From Chiloscyllium plagiosum (Eukaryota), in assembly GCF_004010195.1 (NCBI RefSeq), contig NC_057718.1:69495098-69559097 (forward strand): a DNA stretch of 64,000 bases. Reading direction: 5' to 3'. The notes beneath the pieces are model-generated. The model searched no databases. It saw only the letters and a program-made list of their open reading frames with translations, and had not been told where the DNA came from. The position numbers and the translations under genes are program-made. Positions 13,802 to 26,200 of the stretch are shown here, piece by piece (position 1 is the stretch's first letter; each line of letters starts with the position of its first letter).

Positions 13802-14867
13802 TTATTCTGATGTCTCGTTATCAGCTGCAGTAACATCTGCCTGTGCCTCTGATTACAGAGACTCCGTATCACAATTGATAGCTTGGAACCTGATTTCCCT
13901 CTCAACACATTACAGCTAGTCACCCCCCACATTTTCCAAAAGAGCATATTTGTTTGAGATGGGGATAGCCACAGGGGACTCCTGCACTACTTGCCTTCCT
14001 CTCCTACCTTTCCTGGAGGTAACCCATATACCTGACTGTATCTGCAGTTTTTCTACCTTCCTGAAACTGCCAGCCATCACACCCGACTTTTGTAAATTCC
14101 TCATTGCCTCTATCTGCTGCTCCAACCAATCCATGCAATCCGATAGGATTCGCAATCAAGCACACTTGCTGCAGCCATAGTCATCAGTCACATGGAAAAT
14201 CTCCTTAATCTCCCACATCTGATCACTTTACTAAAGGCCATCTTTGCACCTTAACAATGTTCAGATCCAGAAAATAGCCTTGCTTTACAGCTCTGAAAAC
14301 ACTGCTCTAGGCTAACTTAGTATCTATGTTTTATATTTGTAAAATTTAACCAAGAGATCAATCTCAATAAAAAGCATATGATCAAAAAAGAACCCACCCT
14401 CCTCACTATTGTAGATTTACAAAAAAAAAGTCAGGTTATACTTTAAAAACTAGTCACTTAGCTGTTCCCCTGCTGAGAGCTCTGCACACAGGTTTCTCCA
14501 GCGTAAACTGTGAATTTCACCGTTTATTGTTCTTGGAATGAATTCCAATGTCCAGAGATACTTGAAACTAAACAACAGAGGTAGTCAGCTCTACAGGTTG
14601 ACTCTGGGTCAGACAGCTGTGCAGGTTTGCTTCTCTGTTTGTTTCACTTCCCACGTGGTCCGTACTTTGTCTGTCTTCCTCCTTTTCTAAGTGCTGTTGT
14701 TTTGATCCTTTTTTCCCCAAAGTTCCAAAACAATGCAACAGCTTATAAAACAGTAATTACTGCTCCTATATTTTGAGGAAATCAGCTCCAACACTGAAAA
14801 TACCTCCAAAAAAAGCAGCTCTTACAGCTATTGTTTTTTTTTCAGATCCTCCATTTGGATTACCCAG
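13802..14867 (-). mobile_element. CR1 5' UTR plus ORF1 N-terminal part, inverted relative to the adjacent ORF2 segment
   Basis: ORF 13916-14155 (RILSDCMDWLEQQIEAMRNLQ...ISNKYALLENVGGD) matches ORF1 at 4.2-4.5 kb. 13802-13915 is homologous to 4575-4690. The 5' terminus matches 60751-60771. Confidence 0.88.
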
Positions 14868-16490
14868 GGATTGAGTGAATCCCTAGAAGAGTATAAAGGC
14901 AGTAACAGTACACTTAAGAGTTGCAAAATGAGATAGCTTTGGCAAATAAGGTTAAAGAGAATACAACTGGATTCAACAAATACATTTAAGAAAAATGAGT
15001 AATTAGGAAGAGAATAGAGCACCTTACAGATCAGCAAGGCCACCTGTGTGAGGAATCGCAGGAGATGGGGGAGATACTAAACGAGTATTTTGCATCAGTG
15101 TTTACTATTGAGAAGGATATGCAAGATACAGAATGTGGGCAAATAGGTAACAACATCTTGAAAAATGTCCATATTACAAAGGAGAAGGTGCTGGATATCT
15201 TAAAATGCATAAAGGTGGATAAATCACCAGGACCTGATCAGGTGTACCCTAGAACTCTGTGGAAAGCTAAGGAAGTGATTGCTGGCCCCTTCCTGAGATA
15301 TTTGTATCATCGATAGTCACAGGTGAGGTGCTTGAAGACTGAAGGTTGATCAACGTAGTGCCACTATTTAAGAAAGTTGATAAGGAAAAGTCAGGGAACT
15401 ACAGACATTAGTGCCTGACATTAGTGGTGGGCAAGTTTTTGGAAGAATCCTGAGAGACAGGATTTGAATGTATTTGGAAAGGCAAGGACTAATTAGTAGT
15501 CAACATGATTTTGCCATTTATATAAATGATTTGGATGTGAACATATGAGGTACAGTTAGTAAGTTTTCAGAAAACACCAAAATTTGATGTGCAGTGGACA
15601 GGAAGGAGTTTTATCTCAGAGTGCAATGGGACCTTGATCAGATGGGCTAATGGGCTGAGGAATGTTGGATGGAGTTTGATTCTTTTAGGAATAAAAGAAT
15701 GACTAGGGTAGGTAGGAATAAAAGAATGACTAGGGTAGGAATAGGTCCAGTCAAGGATTAAATGTGAGGTGCTCCATTTTGGAAAGGCAAATCAGGGTAG
15801 GAATTTTACACTTAAAGGTATGGGGAGTGTTACTGAACAAAGAGATCTTGGAGTGCAGGTTCATAGTTACTTGAAAGTGGAGTCACAGGTAGATAGGATA
15901 GTGAAGAAGGTTTGGTATGCTTGCCTTTATTGGTCAGAGTATTGAGTATAGGAGTTGGGAGGTTATGTTGCGGTTGTACAGGACATTGGTTCGGCCACTT
16001 TTGGAATATTGCATGTAAATCTGGTCTCCTTGCTATAGGAAGGATGCTGTGAAACTTGAAAGGGCTCAGAAAAGATTACAACGATATTGCCAGGGTTGTT
16101 GAGCTATCGGGAGAGGCTGAATAGGCTGGGGCGATTTTCTCTGAAGCATCAGAGGCTGAGAGGTGACCTTATAGAGGCAAATAGCCTACGTTTTTTTCCC
16201 CCGGAGTGGGGGAGTTTGAAACTAGAGGGCATAGGTTTAAGGTGAGGGGGAAAAGATTTAAAAGGGGCATAAGAGGCAACATTTTTGTGTATGGAATGAG
16301 CTGCCAGAGGAAGTAGGGAGGCTGGTACAATTATAACATTTAAAAGACATCTGGTTAGGTACATGAATAGGAAGGGTTCAGAGAGATATGGGCCATATGC
16401 TAGCAAATGGGATTTGAGTAATTTAGGATATTAGTTTGGCATGGGCAAGTTGGACCAAACAGTCTGTTTCCATGCTATATGACTATATGA
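14868..16490 (+). mobile_element. CR1 ORF2 3' portion with internal deletions, ending at the LINE tail
   Basis: MGEILNEYFASVFT...KSPGPDQVYPRTL, followed by RT fragments and the tail ctgtttccatgctatatgactatatga. Confidence 0.9.
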
Positions 16491-16786
16491 CACTCTGAAC
16501 AGCATCCCACCCACATCCACCAACCCGCTCCAACTCCCATGCTTTCTTTGTTTCCCTGCATCTCTCATGGCTAACCCACCTACCCTGAATATCCCTGAAC
16601 ACTGTGGGCAATTTAGCATGACCAATCCAACTAACCTACCCATTTTTGGACTGTGGGAGGGAACCAGAGCAGCCAGAGGAAACCTTTGCAGAGTCTGAAG
16701 GATAATATTCAAACTTTACACAGCTGCCTGAGGATAGAATTGAACATGGGTACCTGGCACTGTGAGGTAGAAGCACAACAGTGCCA
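16491..16786 (-). mobile_element. HE1/V-SINE body (right part of the split SINE)
   Basis: gggcaatttagcatgacc...ggactgtgggagggaacc...gcctgagg...gaattgaac, a decayed V-domain and tRNA-derived head. Confidence 0.8.
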
Positions 16787-17291
16787 CTCACAAAAGTATT
16801 TGGGAAGATATAGTTAATAGGATATTTTAAGAAAATAAATTACTATCATGTTCACATTGCTGCGAAACCATTAGTTTCCACTTCTCCTGGCTAGATGCAG
16901 CTGCTATGTTGAGTATTGCAGTCAGTGGAATGGCTGCCATGTGCAATCTGATCCAAATACTCTTAGTCACTCTCTCCCAGTGCGAGCTGGCTCACTGCCA
17001 AATGCCTGCTGGAGCAGAAGGAGCAGCTAGGAAGCAATGGCTGGACACTAATAGGTCAACGTGTGTGCAATTTAACAAGTTATTTATCTGTTCCCAGCAG
17101 GGAGTGGACGTAGGTTCCTTGCTACAATGAGGCATTAAGGATGGTTGCTGAATATGCAATTTTAGCCTTAGGAAGACCCAAGCAAGATTTGCACATTCTC
17201 TGAGTTCTCTGAAGGAGGATGGTAACAAACTGATATTGTTACTGTTAATGTCACAACTAAGACACATTGAAAAGCCTTGGTGGGGGTAGGT

Positions 17292-20200
17292 GAACAAAGA
17301 ACATTACAGCGCAGCAACAGGCCCTTCGGCCCTCCAAGCCTGCACCGATCCAGATCCTCTATCTAAATCTACCGCCTGTTTTCTAAGGATCTGTATCCCT
17401 TTGCTCCCTCCCCATTCATGTATCTGTCTAGAAATATCTTAAATGACGCTATCATTCCTGCTCATATCACCTCTGCTGACAACACATTCTGGGAACCCAC
17501 CACCCTCTGCGTAAAGAACTCTCCACATATATCTCCCCTAAACTTTTCCCCTCTCACTTTGAACTCATGACCCCTAGTAATTGAGTCGTCCACTCTTGGA
17601 AAAAGTTTTTTGCTATCCACTCTGTCTACACCTCCCATGATTTTGTAGGCCTCAATCAGGTTCCCACCCAACCTCTATGAAGTATATACAAGTTAATTTG
17701 GCAGTTATGTAGTTAGTGCTGTAATACATGTATAGGATCATGTTACAGGACTCAGGTAACAGATAATGGTAGCACACTATGATAGGCTAGTTAAATCACA
17801 TGATAGATGAGCTAATGGTAAAGTCAATGGTGGTGTAATGTGATAGTGGACCAGAGTGGAAGAAGATGATTAGTTTAGAGAGACAAAGCAAGCTCGAATG
17901 ATTGGTTATGTTAATACTATCAGATAAGCGCAGGAACTAGAAAAGTATAAACTGGAGCAGCTCCAGGAGGGGCGTGGGCAGACAGGAAAGACATTTTCTG
18001 ATTTTCTGCTTGTATTTGCAAATAAAATTTAACCTCACGAAGGATTTTCTGCGGATCCTGGTAATTTTCTGAGAGGATTGGGTGATCTTTCCACAAACCA
18101 CCTTCTTTCCAATGAAAGTAATCCTAATCTACTCAAGCTCTCTTCATAACTAGCACCCTCCATACCAGGAAACATCCTGGTGAATCTCCTCTGCACCCTT
18201 TCCAAGCATCCACATCCTTTTGGTAATGTAGAGACCAGAATTGTACTCAGTATTCCAAATGTGGCCAAACCAAAATCTTATACAATTGTAACATGACCTG
18301 CCAACTCTTGTACTCAATACCCTGTCCGATGAAGGAAAACAAACCTTTTGCCTTCTTAACCTCTCTCTACTGACTTGCACTGCCACCTTGAGGGAACAAT
18401 GGACCTGAACACCCAGATCTCTCTATACATCAATTTTCCCTAGGACTTTTCCAATTACTGTATAATTTGCTCTGGAATTGCATCTTTTAAAATGCATCAC
18501 CTTGCATTTGTCCAGATAGAACTCCATCTGTCATTTCTCTGCTCAACTCTCCAATCGATCTATATTCTGCTGTATTCTCTTCACTATCTGTTACTCCACC
18601 AATCTTAGTGTCATGTCAAAAATTGCTAATGAGGCAACCTATACCTTCCTCCAAATCATTTATGTATATCACAAACAACAATGGTCCCAGCACGGATCCC
18701 TGTGGTCTCCATTTTGAGAAAATCCCTTCCACTACTACTCTCTGTCTCCTGTTGCCCAACCAGTCCTCTATCCATGTAGCTAGAACACCCTGGACCCCAT
18801 GTGACTTCACCTTTTTCATCAGCCGACCATGGGGAACCTTATCAAACGCCTTAAAGTCCATGTATATGACATATACATCCCTTCCCTCATCAATCAACTT
18901 TGTCACCTCTTCAAAGAATTCTATTGGGTTTGTTTCCCTGCACAAAATCATTCCGTCTATCACTGATAAGCCCATTTTCTTCCAAATGGGTATGTATCCT
19001 ATTCCTTATTAACTTCTCCAGTAGCTTCCCTACCACTGATGTCAAGCTCACAGGTCTATAATTACCTGGATTATCCCTGCTACCCTTCTTAAACAAGGGG
19101 ACAACTTTGGTGATTATCCAATCCTCTGGAACCTCCCCCATTTTCAAGGATGCTGCAAAGAAATCTGTTAAAGCCCCAGCTATTTCCTCTCTCGCTATAT
19201 ACTTCACCTCAACATCTGCCATGTCCCCTCTCCTCGGTGAACACTGATCCAACATACTCATTAAGAATCTCACTCATTTTCTCTGACTCCACGCATACCT
19301 TTCCTTCTTTGTCCTTGAGTGGGGCAATCCGTTCTCTCATTATCTTCTTGCTCCTTATATATGGGCTTTGGGGTTTTCCTTAACACTGCTCGCTAAGGAT
19401 ATCTCGTGACCTCCTTTAGCCCTCTTAATTCCTCATTTCAGATTGGTCCTACATTCCCGATATTCTTTCAAAGCTCCATCTGACTTCAGTCACTTAGACC
19501 TTATGTGTGCATCTTTTTTCTTCTTAGCTAGTCTCACAATCTCACCTGTCATCCATGGTTCCCTAATCTTGCCATTTCTATCCCTTATTTTCATAGGAAC
19601 ATATCTCTCCTGATCTCTAATCAACCTCTCTTTAAAAGCCTCCCACACATCGAATATGGACATCCCTTCAAACAGCTGCTCCCAATCTACATTCCCCAGC
19701 TCTTGCCGAATTTTGCTATAGTTGTCCTTCCCCCAATTTAGCACTCTTCTTTAAGGGCCACTCTCGTCTTTGTCCATGATTATTCTAAAACTTATGGAAC
19801 TGTGATCACTATTCCAAAGTAATCCCCCACTGAAACTTTAATCACCTGGCCGGGCTCATTTCCTAACACCAGGCCCTTTCCCGAGTTGGACTACTTAAAT
19901 ACTGCTGTAGAAAACCCTCCTGGATGCTCCTAACAAATTCTGCTTCATCCAATCCTCTAACACTAAATGAATCCCAGTCAATGTTGGGAAAGTCTGTCAT
20001 TCCTATATTTTTCTACGATCTCTCTAAATATTTGTACCTCAATCACACATTCGCTGTTGGGAAGCCTGTAGTACAGTTCCAACATTGTTGCCGCACCCTT
20101 CCTATTTCTGAGCTTTGCCCATTTTGACTCACTATTCTATAGTGTCCTCCTTCAGCACAGATGTGATATCTTCTTTGACCAGTAATGCAACTCCTCCACC

Positions 20201-21215
20201 CCTTTTACCTCCCTCTCTATCCTGCGTGAAGCATCAATGTCCTGGGACATTTAGTTGCCAATCATGCCCTTCCCTCAACCAAGTTTCAGTAATAGCAATA
20301 ACATCATACTCCCAGGTACTGATTCAAGCCCTAAGTTCATCTGCCTTACCTACTATACTTCTTCCATTAAAACAAATGCACCTCAGACCACCAGTCCCTC
20401 TGCGTTCATCTGCCACTTCCTGCCTACTCTTCCCCTTAGTCATGCTGACTTCATTAACTAGTTCCTTACAGGCTTTAGTTACTACCTCCTTCCTATTCAC
20501 TAACCTTCTCATTTGGTTCCCATCCCCCATTCCACCTTAGTTTAAACCCTCCCCACAGCGTTAGCAAAAGCACCCCCAATGACATTGATTCCAGTCCAAC
20601 CCAGGTGTAGGCCATCCAATTTGTAATTGTCCTACCTCTCCCAGAACCGGTCCCAATGTCCCAAAAATCTGAACCCCTCCCTCCTGCACCATCTCTCAAG
20701 CTCCGCATTCATCCTGAATATTCCATCATTCCTACTCTGACTCATACGTGGCACTGGTAGCAATTCGAAGATTACTATCTCTGAGGTCCTACTTTTTAAC
20801 TTGGTTCCTAACTCCCTAAATTCTTTGTGTAGGACCTCATCCTGGTTTTTACCTATATCATTGGTGCCTACATGCACCACGACAACTGGCTGTTCGCCCT
20901 CTCCCTTGAGAATTTTCTGCAGTTGATCAGAGACATCCCTGACACGTGCACCTGGGAGGCAACATACCATTTGGAAGTCTCGTTTTCAACCACAGAAATT
21001 CCTATCTACTCCCCTTACAATTGAATCCCCTATGACCATAGCCCTTCCACTCTTTTTCCTGCCCTCTGAACAGCAGAGTCAGCCATGGTGCCATGAACTT
21101 GGCTACTGCTGCCTTCCCCTCGTGACCCATCTCACCCAACAGTATCCAAAATGGTATACTTGTTTTGGAGGGAGATGACCGCAGGGGACACCTGCACTGC
21201 CTGCCTATGTCCCTG
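17292..21215 (-). mobile_element. Disabled CR1 LINE (different subfamily), interrupted by a solo LTR
   Basis: Minus-strand ORF remnants: esterase (VCCLPGARVRDV...VHVGTNDIG), endonuclease start (CICFNGRSIVGKADELRA), RT ([22 protein letters not shown]). Tail at 17292. Confidence 0.9.
17676..18095 (+). mobile_element. Probable solo LTR (~420 bp)
   Basis: Non-CR1 sequence splitting a CR1 RT. Flanked by aacctc/aaccac (6-bp TSD, 1 mismatch). Termini tatgaag...ctttccaca (decayed TG...CA inverted ends). TATAAA at 17946 and AATAAA at 18021 are in U3-R order. Confidence 0.65.
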
Positions 21216-21244
21216 AAGTTCCCACATTGAGCAAGATGGGTTAA

Positions 21245-21688
21245 GGAAGGAATTTTGGACATGTTACCAGGTGGTCTGTGATTTTTTTTTCCCTGTTGAC
21301 TATCCTGTTGCAATAGTCAGGGGAAAGAAGAGATAGTTGAAGTTAGCACAATGTCATCTTACAGAACAGAGATTTAAATTGTACTCTACTGACTGCTGAA
21401 AACATGAGACTGCTGACAGAGACAGGAAGCAAGTGGTGTCCAGGTATAAGAATCTCCAAATGTGGCTTAGATGAAGGTCCACAGAAAGAACAATGGCCAC
21501 TGTCAGCTGGAACAGCATCCTCAGCAGGAGGAAAGACTCAAAGCCAGTGGGTACATGGTGAGATTCTATTAACTATCTCTCTCTTGATATGAAAACTTCT
21601 TAAGATTTGTTCTTCTCCTCTCCTGACAGCAGTGATTAAGTCAATGATGTGATGGCAGCTTTCTGGTAACATGTCCAAAACTCCTTTC
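21245..21688. mobile_element. Non-autonomous DNA transposon (MITE) with 26-bp TIRs and TTAA target sites, Kolobok/T2-like
   Basis: TTAA|ggaaggaattttggacatgttaccag ... ctggtaacatgtccaaaactcctttc|TTAA, with 2 mismatches between the TIRs and no transposase ORF. Confidence 0.75.
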
Positions 21689-22689
21689 TTAATGTGTCAG
21701 CTTCATTTTACATGCGACTGTCTACAATGTGATCAATCATGTCCAAGCTGAATTTTAACTGATATATTTGTGATCTCAGTTTCAGGAATTATTATTGGTC
21801 ATCATACAAGAATAAAAAACCAGCTTTTTTCTTTCCTCAGTCAGATATTCTGAAGTTAATATGTGCACTGTTATTGCCAGGCAAAGAGGGCAAAGGCTTG
21901 GGAACTTTATGATCTATATGTACGAGAATTTTTGTACACAGAACAATTCTAACAAAAAGTAAAGGAGAAAGAATGAAATAGCTGTGGGTGAGTCATAGGA
22001 GAGATGACAAATTATCTGGTTGAAAAAAAAGAGACCGGGGAAGATTTTTAAAAAGTGAAGTGGAAACATTTATGAGGCAACTCCAGAAAGTAGTACATTA
22101 TTAAAGAGCCATCCAGGTTGTTTGGATAAATACAGGAGATGGTGATGTACTGGGATTAGAACTGCTTCAGACAATGGCCATGTTTTAATTTGAAACAGTA
22201 AACTATGATCAGATTATTTGGCTTTCAAGACCAAGAAGCCCTTGAACTCTGTTTCTAACTCAGTATTAATTTGCTGAGTTGAGGCTGTGCAAGGGGCCAT
22301 TGCCCTCATTCTATAAAGAGCTGTGTGGAGAAGGAAGGTCACACCAAAACTCCAGTCCAGAAAGGACACACCAAGACTCTCCTCCAGAACTGCCTCATGA
22401 TTTCTACTCAGAAACATGACATTAATATCTTATACACAAAATGTTGAAACATTACATGTTTTTGAATTCCTAGATTTATGGAAGGAATAACTTTGAATAA
22501 ATTTCAAAAATATAAAATGCGCCAACTGTTTTTACTCTAAGTTACCTCCCACTTGCCATCTGTCTTGCTCAACTCTCCTAAATTTACACAATGAACAAGG
22601 ACTCAAGAAAGGTGATGAACAGAAGGAAATGAGTGAGGGAGCAAGAGGAGCCATGAGCAAAAATGTAGGAAGCCTGCAGCAGGGAGATT

Positions 22690-23239
22690 GGTAGATTTAT
22701 ACAGCACAGAAAAGGCCTGCTGGATCGAGTCTGCACTGACACAACTATTCGTCATGATGTGGAGATACCTGATGCAGGAGCAGTGCTCTGAAAGCTTGTA
22801 CTTCCAAATAAACCTGTTGGACTATAGCTGGTGTTGTATGATTTTTAACTATAACTACCAGTGTGCTAATCCCAATTTCCTGCACTTGTTCCATATTTTT
22901 GAATGTTGTGATATTTGAAGTGCTCATCCAAATATTTTTAAAATTTGTAAGGTGTCCAGCCTCTACTACCTCCCCAGGCAGAGTATTCCAGATTCTCACC
23001 ACCTGTTGAGTGAAAATGTTTTTTCCCCAAATTCCCTCTGAATCTCCTGCCCCTTATCTGAAAACTACGCCCTCTCATGGTTGACCCCTCAACCAAAGGG
23101 AACAGCAGCTCTCTATTCACTCTGTCAATACCCCTCATAATCTTACGTCAGTCTTCTCTGCTCTAAAGAAAACAATCCAAGCTTATTTAATCTCTCCTTA
23201 AAGCTTAATTTCTCTATTCCAAGCAATCTTGGTGAACCA
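22690..23239 (-). mobile_element. Old CR1 3' part (continues at 27525 after a younger CR1 insertion)
   Basis: ORFs MRGIDRVNRELLFPLVEGS... and ...ERLNKLGLFSLEQRRL. The sequence resumes collinearly at 27525 (ccctcctctgta). Confidence 0.8.
22755..22850 (+). mobile_element. Penelope-like pLTR fragment (family B) with a decayed hammerhead
   Basis: cctgatgcaggagcagtgctctgaaagcttg...aaacctgttggactatagctggtgttg, homologous to 28676-28767. Confidence 0.75.
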
Positions 23240-26200
23240 TTTGCCAAGAGGTGCGAGGGAGGAACGAAGGACTTCTGGGGAGTTTTTAAGTGAGTGAGAT
23301 CTAAACCTGAGACCCTACACCGTAGGATCTTCCTCCCATCCACACCTCCTCTAACCTTACTAAGAGTCTGTAAACTAGGTAAGTTTTCAGGTTTCTCTTT
23401 TTTTTCTTCTCTTCCTTTGTTTAGTTCTGTGCGGGCTTTCAGAGTAGCGGGATATGGATGTCAGGGCAGTTGCATGTTCCTCTGCAGAATGTGGCAGGTG
23501 AGAGACACTTCACATGTCTCTGTCGACTACATCTGCGGGAAGTGCACCTAACTCCAGTTCCTCGAAAACTGAGTTAGGGAACTGGAGCTGGAGCTGGATG
23601 AACTACGGATCATCTGGGAGGCTGAGGGGGAAATTGAGAGGATATACAGGGAGGTGGTCACTCCCCAGACACAGGATAAAGACAGCTGGGTTACTGTCAG
23701 GGGGAGGAAAGGGAACCGACAGTCAGAGCAGGGATCCCCTGTGGCCGTTCCCCTCAGCAATAAGTATACCGTTTTGGATACTGCTGGTGAGTACGGCCTA
23801 CCAGGGGAAAGCCATAGTTGTCAGGTCTCTAGCACTGAGCCTGGCACTGTGGCTCAGAATGAAAGTGGGGGAAATAGAAAAGCGCTAGTGGTAGGGGACT
23901 CAACAGTTAGACGGATTGACAGGAGATTTTATGGTCAGGAACGGGACTCCCGGAAGCTATGTTGCCTCCCTGGTGCCAGGGTCTGGGATGTCGCCGATCG
24001 TGTTTACAAGATTCTGAAGGGGGAGGGTGAGCAGCCAGAAACTGTGGTACATATTGGCACCAATGATATAGCCAGGAAAGGGATTGAGGATCTGAAAAGT
24101 GACTACAGAGAGTTAGGTTGGAAGCTGAAGAGCAGGACGAGTAGAGTAGTGATCTCAGGTTTGCTACCGGTGCCACTAGATAGTGAGATGAGGAACAGTC
24201 AGCGAATGCAACTTAACACGTGGCTGCAAGGCTGGTGCAGGAGGGAGGGCTTCAGATACCTAGACCATTGAGATACGTTCTGGGGAAGGTGGGACCTGTA
24301 CATGAAGGATGGTTTGCACCTGAACTGGAGGGGTACAAATGTTCTGGGTGGGAGATTTGCTCATGCGATTCGCGAGGATTTAAACTAGTTTGGCAGGAGG
24401 GTGGGAATCGGAGCCACATGTCTGAGAGGGGGTCAGTTGCAGACAGGACATATTGAATCTATCAGGAAGGTTTCTCACGCTATGAAACAAAGGGATCGGT
24501 TAAAGTGTGTCTCCTTTAATGCAAGGAGTGTCCGGAATAAGAGTGATAAACTTAGAGCATGGATCAGTACTTGGGGCTACGATGTTGTGGACATAACAGA
24601 GACATGGGTTTCACAGGGGCAGGGATGGTTGCTTGATGTTCCAGAGTTTAGAAAGTTTAAAAAGAACAGGGAGGTTGGAAAAAGTGGAGGGGGTGTAGCA
24701 TTGCTAATCAGAGAGTGCATCACAGCTACAGAAACAAAGGTTGTTGAGGAAGGTTTGTCTACTGAGTCAGTATGGGTGGAAGTTAGGAACAGCAAGGGAA
24801 CAGCCACCACATTGGGGGTTTTCTACAGAACACCTAATAGCAGTAGAGAGATTGAAGTTCTCATAGGCGGGCAGACTCTGGGAAAATGCAAAAGTAGCAG
24901 GGTTGTGGTTATGGGTGATTTCAACATTCCCAATATCGACTGGAACCTCCTAAGTGCAGATGGTTTGGATGGAGCTATTTTTGTCAAGTGTGTTCAGGAG
25001 GGTTTCCTTACTCAGAATGTAGACAGACCGACGAGGCGAGAGGCCATTTTGGATTTGAGCTCGGTAACGAGCTAAGACAGGTGTCAGATCTCACGGTGGG
25101 AGAGCATTTTGGTGAAAGTGATCACAACTGCTTCACATTTAGCATAGCCTTGGAGAATGAAAGGTGCAGTTACCGAGGGAAGATATTTAATTGGGGAAAA
25201 GGAAGTTATGACGCTATCAGACAGGAGTTGGGAAGTATAGACTGGGAGCAATTGTTCCACAGAAAGGGCACAGCAGACATGTGGAGACTATTTAAGGAAC
25301 AGTTGTTGCGAGTGATGCACAAATTTGTTCCTCTGAGACAGGTAAGAAGGGGTAAGATTAAGGAACCTTGGATGATGAGAACCGAGGAGCTTCTCATCAA
25401 AAGGAAGAAGGCAGCTTACGTAAGGAGGAGGAAGCAAGGATCTAGCACAGCTTTAGAGGATTACAGGCTTGCTAGAAAGGAGCGTAGAAATGGACTGAGG
25501 AGAGCCAGGAGGGGGCATAAAAAAGGCTTGGCAAGAAGGATGAGGGAGAACCCAAAGGCGTTTTACTCATACGTGAGGAACGATCAGGGAGAAGGTAAGG
25601 CTAATCAGGGATAGCGGAGGGAACTTGTGCATGGAGTCTGAGCAGATAGGGGAAGCCCTAAATGAGTTTTTTGCTTTGGTTTTCACCAAGGAAAGGGAAC
25701 TTGTTATAAATGAAAACTTAGAGGAGCTGGGATACAGTCTTAACTAGATCAAGATTGATGAAGATGATGTGCTAGAAATTTTGGAAAACATTAAGATTGA
25801 TAAGTCCCCAGGGCCAGACCAGATTTATCCTAGGCTGCTCCAGGAAGCGAGAAAAGAGGTTGCTAAGTCGCTGGCAAGGATATTTACCTCCTCACTTGCC
25901 ACAGGAGTCATACTGGAGGATTGGAAGGAGGCGAATGTTGTTCTACTTTTCAAGAAGGGTAATAGGGAAATCCCTGGCAATTACAGACCAGTCAGTCTCA
26001 CATCTGTGGTCAGCAAAGTTGTGGGAAGAATTCTGAGGGATAGGATTTATGACTATTTGGCAAAGCATAGTGTGATTAAAGGCAGTCAGCATGGCTTTGT
26101 GAGGGGCAGGTCATGCCTCACAAATCATATTGAGTTCTTTGAGGAGATGTCAAGACAGGTCGATGACGGTCAAGCAGTGGATGTGGTGTATATGGAATTC

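Noticed and set aside
16860..17190. Unique-looking intronic stretch as a conserved enhancer
   Set aside because: Conservation cannot be assessed without alignments, and no diagnostic feature was seen.
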